A DNA stretch of 64,000 bases, from NCBI GenBank assembly GCA_028534125.1, contig CM052816.1:31002001-31066000 (forward strand), in the 5' to 3' direction. This DNA comes from Lama glama. Taxonomy: Eukaryota. The position numbers and the translations under genes are program-made. Of the stretch, positions 13,391 through 26,750 are shown piece by piece; the first letter of the stretch is position 1, and each line of letters begins with the position of its first letter. Under the pieces are notes generated by a model, which saw only the letters and a program-made list of their open reading frames with translations, was not told the origin of the DNA and did no database searches.

Positions 13391-14345
13391 ATATACAGGG
13401 CAAGATTTATGAACCCACACCCCTCAAAAAACTTCTGACTGGCAGTAAAAACATTTCTATATTTTTCTACTTTAATGTTTAAATATTGATGGCAGATATA
13501 TAAAAAACTTGGTGTCTAAAAGTATAGTAAATAATTACAAGTGGTCCCTGAATTGTGGGTAACTCTTGCTTTGGAATTGGTTGAAAAAAAGGAATTATAA
13601 ATATGCACACATAAGTGTGTGTAAATGTGCATATGCAAACATTAAAAACATACATGTGGGGATATCTTCAAGGAGTGCAGCATAGGGTTCACTGAATATT
13701 ACATAACTATTGTATTTCATTTAATATGTGACAATTTTGTAATAATTTTATAATTAATTCAAACATTTGTCATACCCATTCACTTTAAAAAAGTATTTAA
13801 ATAAGTTTTGTTTAGGGTTTCAGTCTTACTAAGTAATGACAGAACCTTAGATGTGGAAGAGTATCGAGAGTCAGATCTAACACAATGTCACACAGTAAGA
13901 GCTCAATAAGTAAATATTTATGTACTTGATTTTTAATACTAGGAAGATTAAGGGAAGATAAGCCAGAAAGAAGTGCTTTCTAATTTCAACTCCATCACTC
14001 ATTTAAGCATTTGGCTCCTTTTCACGTCGTTTTCCTTATCTCTCACTTGCTTTACCTATGACATAGCAATATACACTTAAGCATAAGGAAAGTGGAAGAA
14101 CTACAGAAATGAAGGAATTACTTCTTTTACAGATATAAACACACAGAACTTCTACAATTCTCAGTTATACCATGTACCTTCCTGAATTTTTTTTTAAGTT
14201 ATGGCAGGTGATCATGTTATTTCAATAAAAAACTATTTAAAGCCAAGCATGCATAGATACAGTTTGTTTATTCATCCAACAAACATCTAGCACTATTATG
14301 TGCTGTGTGGTACATGAAATACCAAGGGTAAAAAGATGAATAGGG

Positions 14346-14400
14346 TGCTATGGCCTGAGTGTCTGTGCCACCCCCCAAATGTATATGTTGAAATCAACCC
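14346..14400 (+). mobile_element. MaLR LTR 5' fragment (MLT1A/MST-like)
   Basis: TGCTATGGCCTGAGTGTCTGTGCCACCCCCCAAATGTATATGTTGAAATC. Confidence 0.7.
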
Positions 14401-14850
14401 TCTCAGGTTCTCCATCTCCATTAGGATTCTATATCCACAAGTCTGTACCTGATCACCTGGCTGTGGCCCTCCCAGCGCAGACATTGTGCACTCTGGACCT
14501 CATGCTGCCATCCACCAGCCTCGGTTCAACCATGCCCCAAAAGGGTGTCTTCTGCTTGTCCAGCAACTGTGAACCAAATCTGGTGCCAGTTATCCAGCAA
14601 ACTTAACCATCCAGTAGGTTCAATCACATCATCTCGAAAATGGTGTGAAGTCTAATGCTGGAGAGTCAGATGGGTGTCTTCTGAGTTGTTCCTCCTTCAA
14701 TACTCTTCTTCAGCCCTAGGGTGTCTAGTACACCTCCTTTTAGATTTTTATAGTTACTCACCTATAATAATTACAATTTTTTAATATTAAACTTCCCCTG
14801 TCTGAATTACTTTGTGGTTTCTGTCTCCTGGTTTGACCTTGAAAAATACT
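14401..14850 (+). mobile_element. ERVL LTR fragment (MER74/MER73-like)
   Basis: 3' end TAAACTTCCCCTGTCTGAATTACTTTGTGGTTTCTGTCTCCTGGTTTGACCTTG...ATAC resembles MER74-type LTR termini. Confidence 0.6.
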
Positions 14851-15310
14851 GGCAACGGTAGTCAAAAATAAGTAACTCATTACTTGAGAATGAATAACAC
14901 GAGAACTAATAACCAGGTAGTTCTTTTACAAATAATAAAATGAGGAAATGAAAGGAAATCATCTACTAAGAGTCCAACTTTATAGGACCTATCAGAAAAC
15001 AGAATTTAAGGCTCTAGGACAAGAACTTGAGATATATAACAATATTTAAAAATACTAGAAGAGAATCACAAATGAAGCTGAGCTTAAGTACCTAGAAATA
15101 AGGAAATATAAAATTAAAGACCTCAGAAGGGCTAATACTGGCAATTTGCCAATTCAGTGAATGTTAGGTTAAATACTTACGGTTCTATTTGTTAAAGCCT
15201 AGAGTGGAGTAGAACGGTGAAAAAGCCCAGAAAGCCAGCAAAGTCAAGGTGAGATTCAAACTCAGAACAACCTGCTTTCAGGTCCATTCTTCCCCCCGTT
15301 CTTGTTGGGG

Positions 15311-15960
15311 TTTTTTAATTGTAATAAGATACACATAATACAAAATTTACCACTTAAACTATTTTGAAGCGTACAGTTCTATGGCTTTAAGTACATTCAC
15401 ATTATTATGCAACCATCACCACCATCCATCTCTAGAACTTTTTCATCTTCCACAAATGAAACTCTGTACCCATTAAACACTAACTCCCCATTTCTGCCAG
15501 CCCATGGCAACCACCATTCTACCTCCTATCTCTATGAATCTGACTACTCTAGGTACCTCAAATTAGTGGAATCATACAACATTTGTTGTTTTGTAACTGG
15601 CTTATTTTGCTTAGCACAGTCTTCAAGGTTCATCCACAATGTAGCATGTGTCACAATTTCATTTCTTTGTAAGGCTGAATAATATCCCATTGTATGCATA
15701 TACTATGCTCTTTTCCTTTCATCTGTCAACAAACACTTGGGCAGCCTCCACCTTATGGCTACTGTGAACAATGCCACTATGAACATGGGTGTACAAATAT
15801 CTGTTGGAGTCCCTGCTTTCACTTCCTCCGGGCACTTACAGAGGTGTAACTGCTGAATCATATGGTAATTCTATGTTTAATTTTTTGAGGAATCGCAATA
15901 TCGTTTTCCACAATGGCTGCACTACTTCACATTGCCAGAAGCAATCCACTAGGATGCTCA
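15311..15960 (-). mobile_element. L1MB-type 3' end
   Basis: TTTAATTGTAATAAGATACACATAACAAAATTTACCAC...AACCATCACCACCATCCATCTCTAGAACTTTTTCATC...ATGGTAATTCTATGTTTAATTTTTTGAGGAA. Confidence 0.9.
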
Positions 15961-16039
15961 TTTTTCTTTTCATGCTGCCCCTATTCCGGTGACATGTACT
16001 TTGCTGTGTTTTCACATAGGAACATGTACTTAAAACTAT

Positions 16040-16390
16040 TCATTCATTCAATTCATGTGTAGTTCTTTACTGAACAACTATTACATGTTAAGCTCTCTTC
16101 TAGCCCCTGTGACTACAGCAGTGAAAAAATGCCACTGCCCTTATGGAGTTTATGTATCAGTGGGGTGACACAGACACACAAAAAGAAACATACATATATA
16201 TATATATGTATATCAGATAATGGTAAGTTCAATAAAGACAAATAAAACAAGGTAAGGATATAGAAAGTAATGGGCAAGTGTTTTATAAGGGGTAGTAAGG
16301 TATTTCTCTCTGAATGATGATATTTAAGAGGCCCGGGGGAAGTAAGGAAACAGCTATGAGAGATTGAAAAGAGCAAAAACAGCAAGCCAG
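16040..16390 (-). mobile_element. L2 3' fragment
   Basis: TTCATTCATTCAATTCAT tail and CTGCCCTTATGGAGTTTATG. Confidence 0.65.
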
Positions 16391-16689
16391 TCCTCCATGT
16401 CTTCTAATCCAGCAGGCTGTATTCTATCTCATCTGTCATAAAACACAAGCATTTCTTAAAAACAGTTAATCTACTATTTTAAATGGTTTAAATGAATTTC
16501 AAACTTTCAGTAAACATTTAGAATTTAGCCATTTCATTATAGAGAAGTTAAAACAGGATACATCAACAGGCTTAAAGGAAGATAGCTAGTTTTGATAAAC
16601 ATTGAGTCAGAGCGGCTACTATTTTGGGGGTAAGCAGAATGGTTAGGAAAGGGTTTCTGTAAACATAGCAACAGGCAAGTGAGAGAGAC

Positions 16690-17515
16690 AAATTATCCAG
16701 GTAAATCCTGAAGTCATCCTTAATGACTCACTTTCTCTCACACTTGAGCCAACAAATCCTACCATCTTTATCTTCAAAGTATCCTAGAGTCCCCCTTTCA
16801 CCACCTCCACCACTGTCTAAACCACTATCATCTCTTGATTGAATTACTGTAAAAATCTACTAACTGGTTATCCTGCTTCTACCATTGCTCTTCTGCAACC
16901 TGTTCTCTGTATGGCACCCATAGTGAGCTTTGTAGACTATAATCCAGATCACACACATCAACTGTTCAAAGTCCTCCACTCAGTAGAATTCAAGTTTTCA
17001 CCGAGGCCAGTAAGGCACTACAGGATTCCTGGTCCTCCCACTCCCATCACTACTCTCACCTTATCATGTGAAATTCTCTTCCCACACACATCTACCCCAC
17101 CACAGCGGTCTCTTTGCTATCCTGGGAATACTACAAACACATTTTCATCTCAAGGCCTTTGCACTTGCTGTTCCTGTTTACTGGACTGTTCTTCCTCAAG
17201 ACATACACACCTCTTTCAGGTCTCCAGTTGGATACTGCCTTATTAGACGGAAAGGCCTTCCCTATCTGAAATAGTACCCCATTATCTCTGTCTCCATAGT
17301 AGTCCACTTCATTTTTCTGCATAGCATTTATCATACCTGATAGAATATATACTTGTTCAATCTGTTTATGTTCTTTCTCCACCCACCAGGATGAAATATC
17401 TAAGAGGACAGGGACTTTGCTTTGATTACGACTATATTCCCAGTACCTAGAAATGCCTGGCCCACAGTAAGCTTTCAACAGATGTGGATGAATGAAGAAA
17501 CGAATGAATGAATTC
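16690..17515 (+). mobile_element. L2 (L2a-like) 3' portion
   Basis: TCAAGGCCTTTGCACTTGCTGTTCC...CCCAGTACCTAGAAATGCCTGGCCCACAGTAAG...GAATGAATGAA. Confidence 0.85.
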
Positions 17516-17784
17516 TTATTACTAGTATAATGTCCTTATTCCAGGGGAGAGGGAAAAACAGTTTAAAAACGCATCAACAAGGAAACTAACACCCAAAGCT
17601 TTGGTTTCTTCAGTTAGCATATACAATTCTATTTGTATTTGTAATAAATATGTCTATAGTAGGTGGATGACTTATGAAACTACAACTCCTCCACTGAAAA
17701 TAAAGAACTGACTAGAACTTTGGGAAAGATTTCTGATTATAGCTAGAAAGATGAAGGTTGAAAGCTACTGAAAATTAAGGGCAA

Positions 17785-17915
17785 GGGGGGAGGTTATAGC
17801 TCAGTGGTAGAGTGTGTGCTTAGCATGCACAAGGTCCTGGGTTCAATCCTCAGTACCTCTACTAAAATTAATAAATAAATAAACCTAAATACCACCACCC
17901 CACCAAACAAAAAAA
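17785..17915 (+). mobile_element. Camelid tRNA-derived SINE (Vic-1-type)
   Basis: GGGGGGAGGTTATAGCTCAGTGGTAGAG (A box)...GGGTTCAATCC (B box), then AATAAA repeats, C-run and A tail. Degenerate TSD AAAATTAAGGGCAA / AAAGTGAAGGGAAA. Confidence 0.92.
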
Positions 17916-18418
17916 GTGAAGGGAAAACACCAAGTACTCCATCATCTAGGATGCAAATTCGTTTTTTTAAGCTATTCACTATGTGATGGCCGAAAATAGC
18001 CATTACTCTTCGCATATATCTATGCTAACTATATAAATTAAATTGTATGATCCAGCCCACAAAGCAAAGTAAAAAGTCAAAATGCTGAAAGTCAGGAAAC
18101 TCCAAAGTTTCTACTCCACACGAATATTAACTTGCTTAACTTGGTTTCTATAGCATTTTAAAGGTACATTTAACAGGAAAACTGAAAATTACTACACTCA
18201 TAAGAATAATGTTGAAATATGGTAGCTATAAGAAGTATAACTTAGGAATTTCCTGATTTCTAAGAAATACAGCTTAATACCAAAGCTTTTTTCATTTGTA
18301 AACTACCTTAAAAAAGGCAATAAATGGAGAACAAGAGGCAGCTGTCAGATAAATTAAGATTATATGACTTTGTCTTGACCCTAACTCATTATCTGAATAT
18401 TTTCATTATATATTAAAA

Positions 18419-18572
18419 GGGGAGGAGGGTACAGCTCAGTGGTAGAGTGTGTGCCTAGCAAGTACAAGGTCCTGGATTCAATCCCCAGTACCTCCATTAA
18501 AAGATAAACAAATTAAAGAACTAATTACCTACCCCCTCAAAAAAAATTTTAAAAAAAAGAATGCAAAAGAAG
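18419..18572 (+). mobile_element. Camelid tRNA-derived SINE (Vic-1-type)
   Basis: GGGGAGGAGGGTACAGCTCAGTGGTAGAG...GGATTCAATCCCCAGTACCTCC...CTAATTACCTACCCCC plus A-rich tail. Confidence 0.92.
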
Positions 18573-20260
18573 AATATATATATTCATTTACATTATTATG
18601 AACCTCAATGAAGAATACAATACTGTCACAATTTTAGGTAGTTTAAATTTTACAAGCTTTACAAAAGCAAAAGACAAAGATTCAACTATATTACATAAAA
18701 TTATTAAAGACGTTCTTTCATTAATTCAATTTATATATTATTTGAGTATTTACAAGAGTAACACTGAAATATCATTATTAAACAATTTTTCAAAAAGTTA
18801 AAAAGCATAGAGAGTTCAAGCTCTGAAGTCTCACTATTCCAAATGCAAGACATAAATCGGTATTTTAATTTTAACCTACATCCAGGCACAACCAGGAGGA
18901 CCTAGGAGCGCAGGTCCCTGTGCACCTTTTCCCCATGGCTCCTGGCCTGGTCCAGGGCTGTGGCTACAGAAGAAGCCGCGCCCAGAGGCCTGGTTTCCCA
19001 ACAGAGAACACTATAGGTAAATCTTTTCTCCAAATGGGAACTCAGCTGTTTTCTGAGGTACCAGCCTAAAACTCTGTAGGACTGAAGAAAAACCACTTAA
19101 ATATTTCCTACCCAGGGTAGATACCATAGAGCAATCAATCAATCAATAAAGCATAAAGCAGTCTGAGCAAATGCTCCAAATTTGAGGGAAGTCCTATGTT
19201 TTTGTAGAACCAAACAAATTAAAGATGGCTGATGATTTGATGTTGCAAATTTAGAGGAGCAAAAAGACACAGCAGCATTCCTACAAAACATAATTGGCAT
19301 CAGAACAGAAGTTTTCTTCATATAATCTGTCTCCTTACCTTTCTACCTCTTCTTACCTCTTGCTATCACAGAAGCAGTGTAAATAATATCCTTCCTACGT
19401 CAGTAATAATCCAAAGTTTTTCTCTACTTTCCCCCCACCTCCATTCAGCCTCAGATATTAACTTAAATCAGATTTCGCTCTATAAAAATGCCAGCTGGTA
19501 AGCCAATATGGGATACTTCCTTCACATTTTACATACTTCTCAATATGTAACATATAAAGTGGCTGGGCTAAGAGATGTATTTTTTCAGTCTTGGATTATT
19601 CTTCTGCAAGCTCTAGACATATCACTAAGAAAAATCTTTTATTTTGGGCACTAAGCACCAGCAGCTAAGTTTAGATAAAATTCACAAAACAAAGCACAGA
19701 ATTTTGGTTTATTTGCACAAGATGATGCTTATAAAACTTTCTGAGACTTTCCCCAGAGTACTTGGCCGTAAAGAATTACAGTTATTTCTGAGGAAACGAG
19801 CATGTTTGACCATTTACATTACATTAATCTGGGAATTAAGAGGTGTGGATTCAAATCCATAAGTTTGCAAATAACAACACTGAACATCTTTATAAAAATA
19901 ACTCACCTTTGCATCTTATTTCATAATTTTTAACATATTTTCCTCCTAAAGAATCATGACCAATAACAATCTTGTGAAGCAATCATTACCACCATTTTAC
20001 AGAGAAAAAGATTCAAGTCCACAGAGCCAGATGTGCCAGGGTTAAGAACTGAAAGAGAGAAATATTTTAATGGCTGGCTTTTTCAGACATACAATGTCCA
20101 AATATAACACAAGAGATGCAGAATAGCTCCCAAAGAGCAAAACATGATGTACTTAGTGAATCCGCCACCAAAGTTTGCCACTCATGGCAGTACAAATCTC
20201 CAGACCACAATTTGATCAGAAGAATGTAATTCTCTCTTGGACAGATACACGGTAACCAAG

Positions 20261-20609
20261 TATTACAGACTGGTTATCTGTGCCCTGCAAATTCACATTT
20301 TGAAGCCCTACCCATAATGTGGCTGTATTTGGAGGGGGTTCCAATAGAAGTAATTAAGGTTAAGTGAGGCTCTGATCTGAAAGAACTAGTGTCCTTATAA
20401 GAAGAAACATGAGAGAGCTTACTTGCTCTGAGGACACACACTAAGGACAGAGAGAACACAGATGTCTACAAGCCAGGAAGAGAGTTCCCACCAGAAACGA
20501 AATTTGCTGGCACCTTGATCTTGTCTCCAGAACTGCAAGAAATAAATGTCTGTTGTTTAACCACCCAGTCTGGAATATTTTGTTATGGCAGCCCTAGCAG
20601 ACAAATACA
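20261..20609 (+). mobile_element. MaLR solo LTR (MLT1A/B-like)
   Basis: CAAATTCACATTTTGAAGCCCTA...GCTGGCACCTTGATCTT...AATAAATGTCTGTTGTTTAA...TTTGTTATGGCAGCCCTAGCAGACAAATACA. Confidence 0.9.
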
Positions 20610-23499
20610 CAGTGTACTTAAGACCTGTAAGAGTAGCTAATTATTATTTTATAATAAGAAAGTAAACTTATCAAAAACATGGTATGGTGCTTGTTAGAAC
20701 TGTGCTTAGAGCCAAGAAACAAAACCAGGGGAGCTTGATGAATAGGATATTTTAATGACCTGAAACATCCTTTTTATTGTAGGCACTCCCTCAACAGTGG
20801 AACCAGATTATTCGGATTTTTCTGAGTTAAATTTCCTTTCTTCATGCACTGCCAATTCTGGTCTTTGTCTCAGAGATCTCTTTTGGTTTCAATAGCACAA
20901 AGTCACTTCAGAAACTTTAGGAGGCATGTGCTTTCTTTACGTATGTTAAAAAATTGAAAAAGCTATAAACTACGGATTGAGATAAATATTCGCTTTATCA
21001 GTGACTTTTCATATTTCAGCCATGATTCATTCCATGTACAGACAAGATAACTCTCAAAGGGTAAAGCACTTTCTTCACTTCCAAGTCCTCAGAGAGTGCT
21101 TTACTCTAGTTTCCAAGCACTTTAAATAGACTGCAGGGATCAGACCGCAACTCCTGTTCATTCTGTTTTGCCAAGACCCATTATAGTTTATTATGTGGCT
21201 GTATGCAAAGTATCATATTTGATCGGTACAACACAACCCCTTCTTAAAAACGCATATGCTTTTCCCTCCAAAATTATGAAACTGAGTCTCAGTAAGTGGT
21301 AAAGCCCAGAACCACACTTTTTCCCCATTTTTTACTACTTCATTTGAGTAAATAAATGAAATATCCCAGAATTTCCGTGAAATAAAGATATGTGTGGTCA
21401 TGTGTAAACACTGACAGTTAGCTTTTATAATTAACGTTTAAAAAGCCAGAGGGGTACTATTTTAGCTTGACATTTTTATTTCATTAGCAGTTATGGCATG
21501 AAGATTTGACAATGTGGGCACGCTCATTAGGACTTATTCTAACCTGATGAAATGTTGTCATAGATCTATTCAAAGCTTTGTACAAACAATTGTCTGTTAT
21601 CCACACTTACTTGGAGGCAGAGAAAAAGTTAACTAATAACTCAAAATAGAGACTAAGACTAATTCAGAGTTTGTTTCTACTGATGAGGGAAAACAGTTAT
21701 ACAAAGTAATCTCAATCACCCCTGGTAGCTATAAATCCATAACTTCAATAGGAGAAGGGAAAGAAACTAGGCTTATTTACTCAAATATAAGACATAACAA
21801 AAAACTTACACATAAATTTCATTCAAGTAGAAATTGGGTGGGTTTTTCTTTGTACATCATTTAGTTCTTAAATTAAAATAAAGATATCATTTAATCTATT
21901 TTTGAAAACAGAGAAAGTGTTCTATACCCCCGAAAATGGTCTTAAAAGTAAAATAACACTATTTGGTGAAAGTAATCTCTGACTAATTCAAGAATGCAAC
22001 GGCACAAAATAAACCCAACCACAAACTATAAATTATTCACAAAACAATCAAGAAGCTTTCCTTACGTTGGTTTTTCAAGATGTTTTCAAGAAGAAAATGC
22101 CAACATTTTAAAAATAAATTTTAGGAAGATACTTTAAAGAGATCTAAGCAGATCTAGGTAAGAGGTACTAATAGATATATTTTATCTTTTGATATTAAAA
22201 GCATTTTTATATATCTAGTTAATTGCTCACTAAGGTAAATAATTATTTCCCTTTAGCTTATTCTTTAAGTCAAAAGACTCCCCTTTTCTTATTTGAACCT
22301 CTGAAGAAGTGGTTAAGGAGCCCTGGAGGTGGTAGAGAGGTTTCTAGGAATGAAGGCAGGAGTACAAGATGGCCAAGTCACTAACAATGCCTGGCTCCCT
22401 CACTCAAGTTTACCCCAACAAGAGCTGCTTAATTTTTGTCAAATATTTACACACACACGCAGGCTGAACGACTATTTGGAGAAAAGGTGCTGCATCTGAA
22501 GCAGTTCCAAAATTACTGATCCAAATTAGACCCGATAAGGTGTCCTATATATGATAATTAAACACTGATTGGGCCATGTACCAGCATGTCTTCTGAAAGA
22601 CTTGTATTTCTCAACTTAATCTCACAGATTTGACAAGAGAGTATACAAACTGTCCTTTCAGACATCAAGGTGCACATTTTTGCTACTCATTATACTTCTG
22701 TGTTATCCATATTCTAAAGTCTTTAACCAAAATTAGTTCTAAATTAACCAAGTTCAATTACAGAGAATGATGAATATACATAATCCACCCAGCTGGGCTG
22801 AGGCATGCTATTCGCCACCTCCAACACATACATTCTTTCTTATAGCAAAGAAATTTACCAAAAGCTACTGAGTTAGGTCATAGCCTATACAGGTACCTAA
22901 TTACAGAGATAACAGCTACCAAAGGTTACAGCCCATGCCCAATTAAAATCTTAAACACATACACAGTAAATGTGTAAAATATAACATATACACCTTATAT
23001 ATAAAATACAGCTGACACTACATATATTATATATTATATATATATATAACTAAATGAGAGTTGGTTTGCATATGTTTGGTACAGTTAAATTACTTTACAT
23101 GGAAATCTCCAGGTGTTTAAAGCAATCTGAAAAAAGGTTCTCGAAAATATGTAAATCCAAAAAAGTTAGTCGCTTATAAACCTGGAAGAAAGTATCCAGG
23201 TCATCTATTCCAACTGCCTACACCAAGAAAGATTTCCTTTGGTTGATTTTATCCAACTGCCATGTCACTGCACTTCAGCACAAGCAAGGAGTTCGGTGAT
23301 TAGACATATTCTGCTTCAGAGTTATAAGATCATTAATGCAACCCTGAGGAAATCATTTTCTTTTTTAAAGAATTCTGAATTTATAAGAATAAGAAGTAAA
23401 ATACATTATAGAAGGCAAAGAGAAAAGTAAAATACTTCAAGTGCACCGGGTCCTAATAAAACTGTCTTTGTCACAAATAACAGCGACAAAAACAAAAGA

Positions 23500-23675
23500 C
23501 AACTATACTAGTCATCTTAAGATCTGGTTCTGATTATCGCTTACTCACCATGACTATGCTAGTCACTTAACCATCTTGCCTTCAGTTTTCTCTCATCTAT
23601 TAATCTTAATAAAATATTAATATGCATAGTACATACAGAGTTAGAAACACCAACATAATGTGCGAAAGCACTTTA
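23500..23675 (+). mobile_element. MIR SINE (degenerate)
   Basis: GATCTGGTTCTG...AGTCACTTAACCATCTTGCCTTCAGTTTTCTCTCATCT...GCGAAAGCACTTT. Confidence 0.6.
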
Positions 23676-24149
23676 AAACAATAAAGAACACATACTTGAA
23701 TTATTATAAATTATAGTTATAATAATTATAATTGGAAACATACTTTTAATACTTTATTAAAATGACTTAGTGTAAAAATGGTGGTCATCATCACAGCATT
23801 ATGTTCATTGCCTGATTCACTTTACTACAACAATAAAATTTAAAATCTTGCCATTTTTCTCTAAATTGGATTTATTTTTCTTTGTTTCATGACTCAAACA
23901 TTATACTAACCCTCTTACTCTACATTTTCAAATAATTTAAAATCAATACATATTTATTAAATTCCAAATATGTATAAGGCACTACGTCATATCCCTTTAC
24001 TAAGAGGTTCACCAAACTGCAGACTGCCAAGGCTCTCTCCTTTCTTCATTTTTTTCCTCCTGGATTTACATTCAGTTTAAATAGTAACTCACCTGAGAGT
24101 CCCTCTACCTCCAACCACTTATAAGAAGAAAGGAGAGAGGAAACTAAAT

Positions 24150-24335
24150 TTATTCAGCTCCTGTTATGCACTTGGCACTACACCATTATACTTACATCAC
24201 CTCAGTCAATCCTCACAACAACCATAGGAGACAGGTATGCACATCCCATTTTAGAGATAAAACAGACAAGAACCACAGCAGAGGAAAAATTTAAATCAGG
24301 TTTGCTGAATCCAAAGCCTATGATCTTTCCACTAA
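24150..24335 (-). mobile_element. MIR SINE
   Basis: ACATCACCTCAGTCAATCCTCACAACAACCATAGGAGACAGGTATGCACATCCCATTTTAGAGAT. Confidence 0.75.
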
Positions 24336-24375
24336 GTCAGTACTTTGCAGACTTTCAAATTTCACAAACCAGTAC

Positions 24376-24413
24376 CACGCACAGGCACACGCACACGCAC
24401 ACGCACACACACG
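24376..24413. repeat. (GCACAC)n / CA-rich simple repeat
   Basis: CACGCACAGGCACACGCACACGCACACGCACACACACG. Confidence 0.9.
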
Positions 24414-26303
24414 CAACTGGTGGTCCTCATGTGGCTGGCAACATTTTATTTTCCAAGAAATGATGTTTCTAAAGCCCTACTACCAGCATTACTTTATAAA
24501 CAAAATGATATTAACATAAAAAAAAGGAAAAGAAAGACATAATCTCAAAATAAGCAACAAGCCTTCTGAAGAAAGAGCAGGTGACAACCTTACACCAGTA
24601 TTTTCATCAAGGAACAGGTCCTTCAACTGGCAAATAAGAACAAATGCACTGAACTTCACTGTTTCCCCTAAGAGAGAAGTAGAACAAAGACCCTAAAACA
24701 CTGCCCTGCTACTCTTTGTAATTTCAGTACAAGGGTGGTAAGAACGCACGTAGCCTTGACTAAAGCCAGGGGCTTTCTTAAAGTTTTGGCAAGGCTCTGA
24801 GGACAAAGACACTGGCAGAGGCTTAAAAGTAAGCTAAAGAAGCCTCTGGTATAAACAGTAGAACAACAGTATTACTATGTATTTTCACAGGTAGCAGTCC
24901 GTCTTTAGGCTTTTCCTTCAAATAAAATCTGATGCAATCAGAAGAGTGGTTAAAGAATATAGATCCGCTGCCTCACACCTAAGAGCCTCATCCATCTTCA
25001 GCTGCTCTCCTGTCTTTCCAGCCTTATCTATCACACTTAATTAAAAAGAACAAGGTCTTGTCTTCCTCATGTTTTGATGCAGGATCTGACATTAGGATGC
25101 TAAGTTACTATTTGAGGGTCAATATACAATGAATTTATTAGCTCGTTGCCAATGCCAGAAAAAGTATAATATATTAACAAGTGATTTTGAGCTAATTCAT
25201 AGTTTGTCCTCCAAACATGACCAACAGGAAAAGTCCTAACAATTCTGAGACACACAGAACCTCAATACTCACTACAGTCTCTTCATAACTCTATTTCTAA
25301 TTTCATCTACTTACTAGGCAGAGAATGGGATCAAGGGTCTCGGGAGGGAAGCAGACAGAAAACAACCCGCTATTTGCTGTCCAAGGGCACTTGGAACTGA
25401 CCTCTATAATTCATTACAATTTATGAGCATCTAGTGTATCAGGCAAAACATCAGGTACTTTCTCTACAGCCTCCAATCCCTGCTCCAACACTATTCTATC
25501 CTAAATTGTCCTGAAAGTCTTCAGAATGCAACATAACTCACTAAACATCTGAAGCTTCTAAACAATCACTTGAAAATAAAATTCATAGTTTTATGAAATA
25601 ACTCTGTTAGGTCAACATATTTGGCAAATCCTCTCTTTTAAGGATTAAATAGTATCCTGGTTGATCCATTACACTTTGTATGGCACAATTAGGTTATGTA
25701 CCTACACTGCTCAAAGATAGATAAATAAAAATAAATATTCCTGATTTTGTCAATGACTCCCCTTTAAAGTCATAATACAATGTTATTGGAACAATCTATT
25801 CATATTGTAAATGAAATGCCTTCTAACTTTAAAAACAAAAGCTCCAAGGGAGGTAAATTAAGTATCTTTCTGTGTAATATAGGTAATATACTTAGGTTTT
25901 AATCTCTGAATTTAGTCGTTGTATATACTCTTCTCTTTACTCAGACTATCCATTCCTTTTTTCACTCACTTTTTAAGGTCTAATTCAAATACATAGTCCA
26001 CTGTGGAGCCTTCCCAATGAATCCACATAAAATCAGTACCACACACTGTGTGCTCACACTGCACTGTGAATAAATTTCGTAATTCATCACCATTTTAAGC
26101 TTCTAGCACGTCAGGTACTATTTTAAGTGTTTAACATATGTCTCAATTAATTGCATTATTTCCAAGCCTTTTCCTCTCATATGACTTTGAGTTAGTCTGT
26201 AGGAGGAAACTTAATACCCATTCTTATCCACTCAGTACTTATCACAGAGCTTGGTACATAAGTTTTGAACAAATGTACATACTTTATAAGAATATACATT
26301 TTA

Positions 26304-26750
26304 GGAATATTACTCAGCCATAAAAAAGAAATGAAATACTGTCATTTGCAGCAATCCAATAGACCTGGAGAATACTATGCTCAGCGAAATAAATCAGACA
26401 GAAAAATACAAATACTATATGTTGTAATTTACTTGTGGAATCTAAAAAATAAAATAAACAAATATATACAACAAAACAGAAACAGACTCACAGATATAGA
26501 AAATAATTTTGTCGTTACCAAAGAGAAGAGCAAAGTAGGGAGGAACAAATTAGGGATTATGGGATTAACAGATATAAACTACTACATATAAAACAGATAA
26601 GCAACAAGGATATACTATATGGTACAGGGAATTATACCCATTATCCTGTAATAACCTATAATGGGGTAAAATCTACAAAAATACTCAATCACTATGCTGT
26701 ACACCTAGCACTAACATAATATTGTAAATCAACCACACTTCAGTAAAAAA
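26304..26750 (+). mobile_element. 5'-truncated artiodactyl-type L1 3' end with TSD
   Basis: GGAATATTACTCAGCCATAAAAAAG...ACACCTAGCACTAACATAATATTGTAAATCAACCACACTTCAGTAAAAAA. TSD AATATACATTTTA (26291-26303) / AGTACACATTTTA (26751-26763). Confidence 0.93.

Noticed and set aside
17785..17860. tRNA-Ala-like sequences with A and B boxes (also at 18419, 31860 and 32936)
   Set aside because: They are followed by SINE-specific AT-rich, C-run and A tails, mostly with TSDs, and their stems are mutated. These are SINE heads, not tRNA genes.
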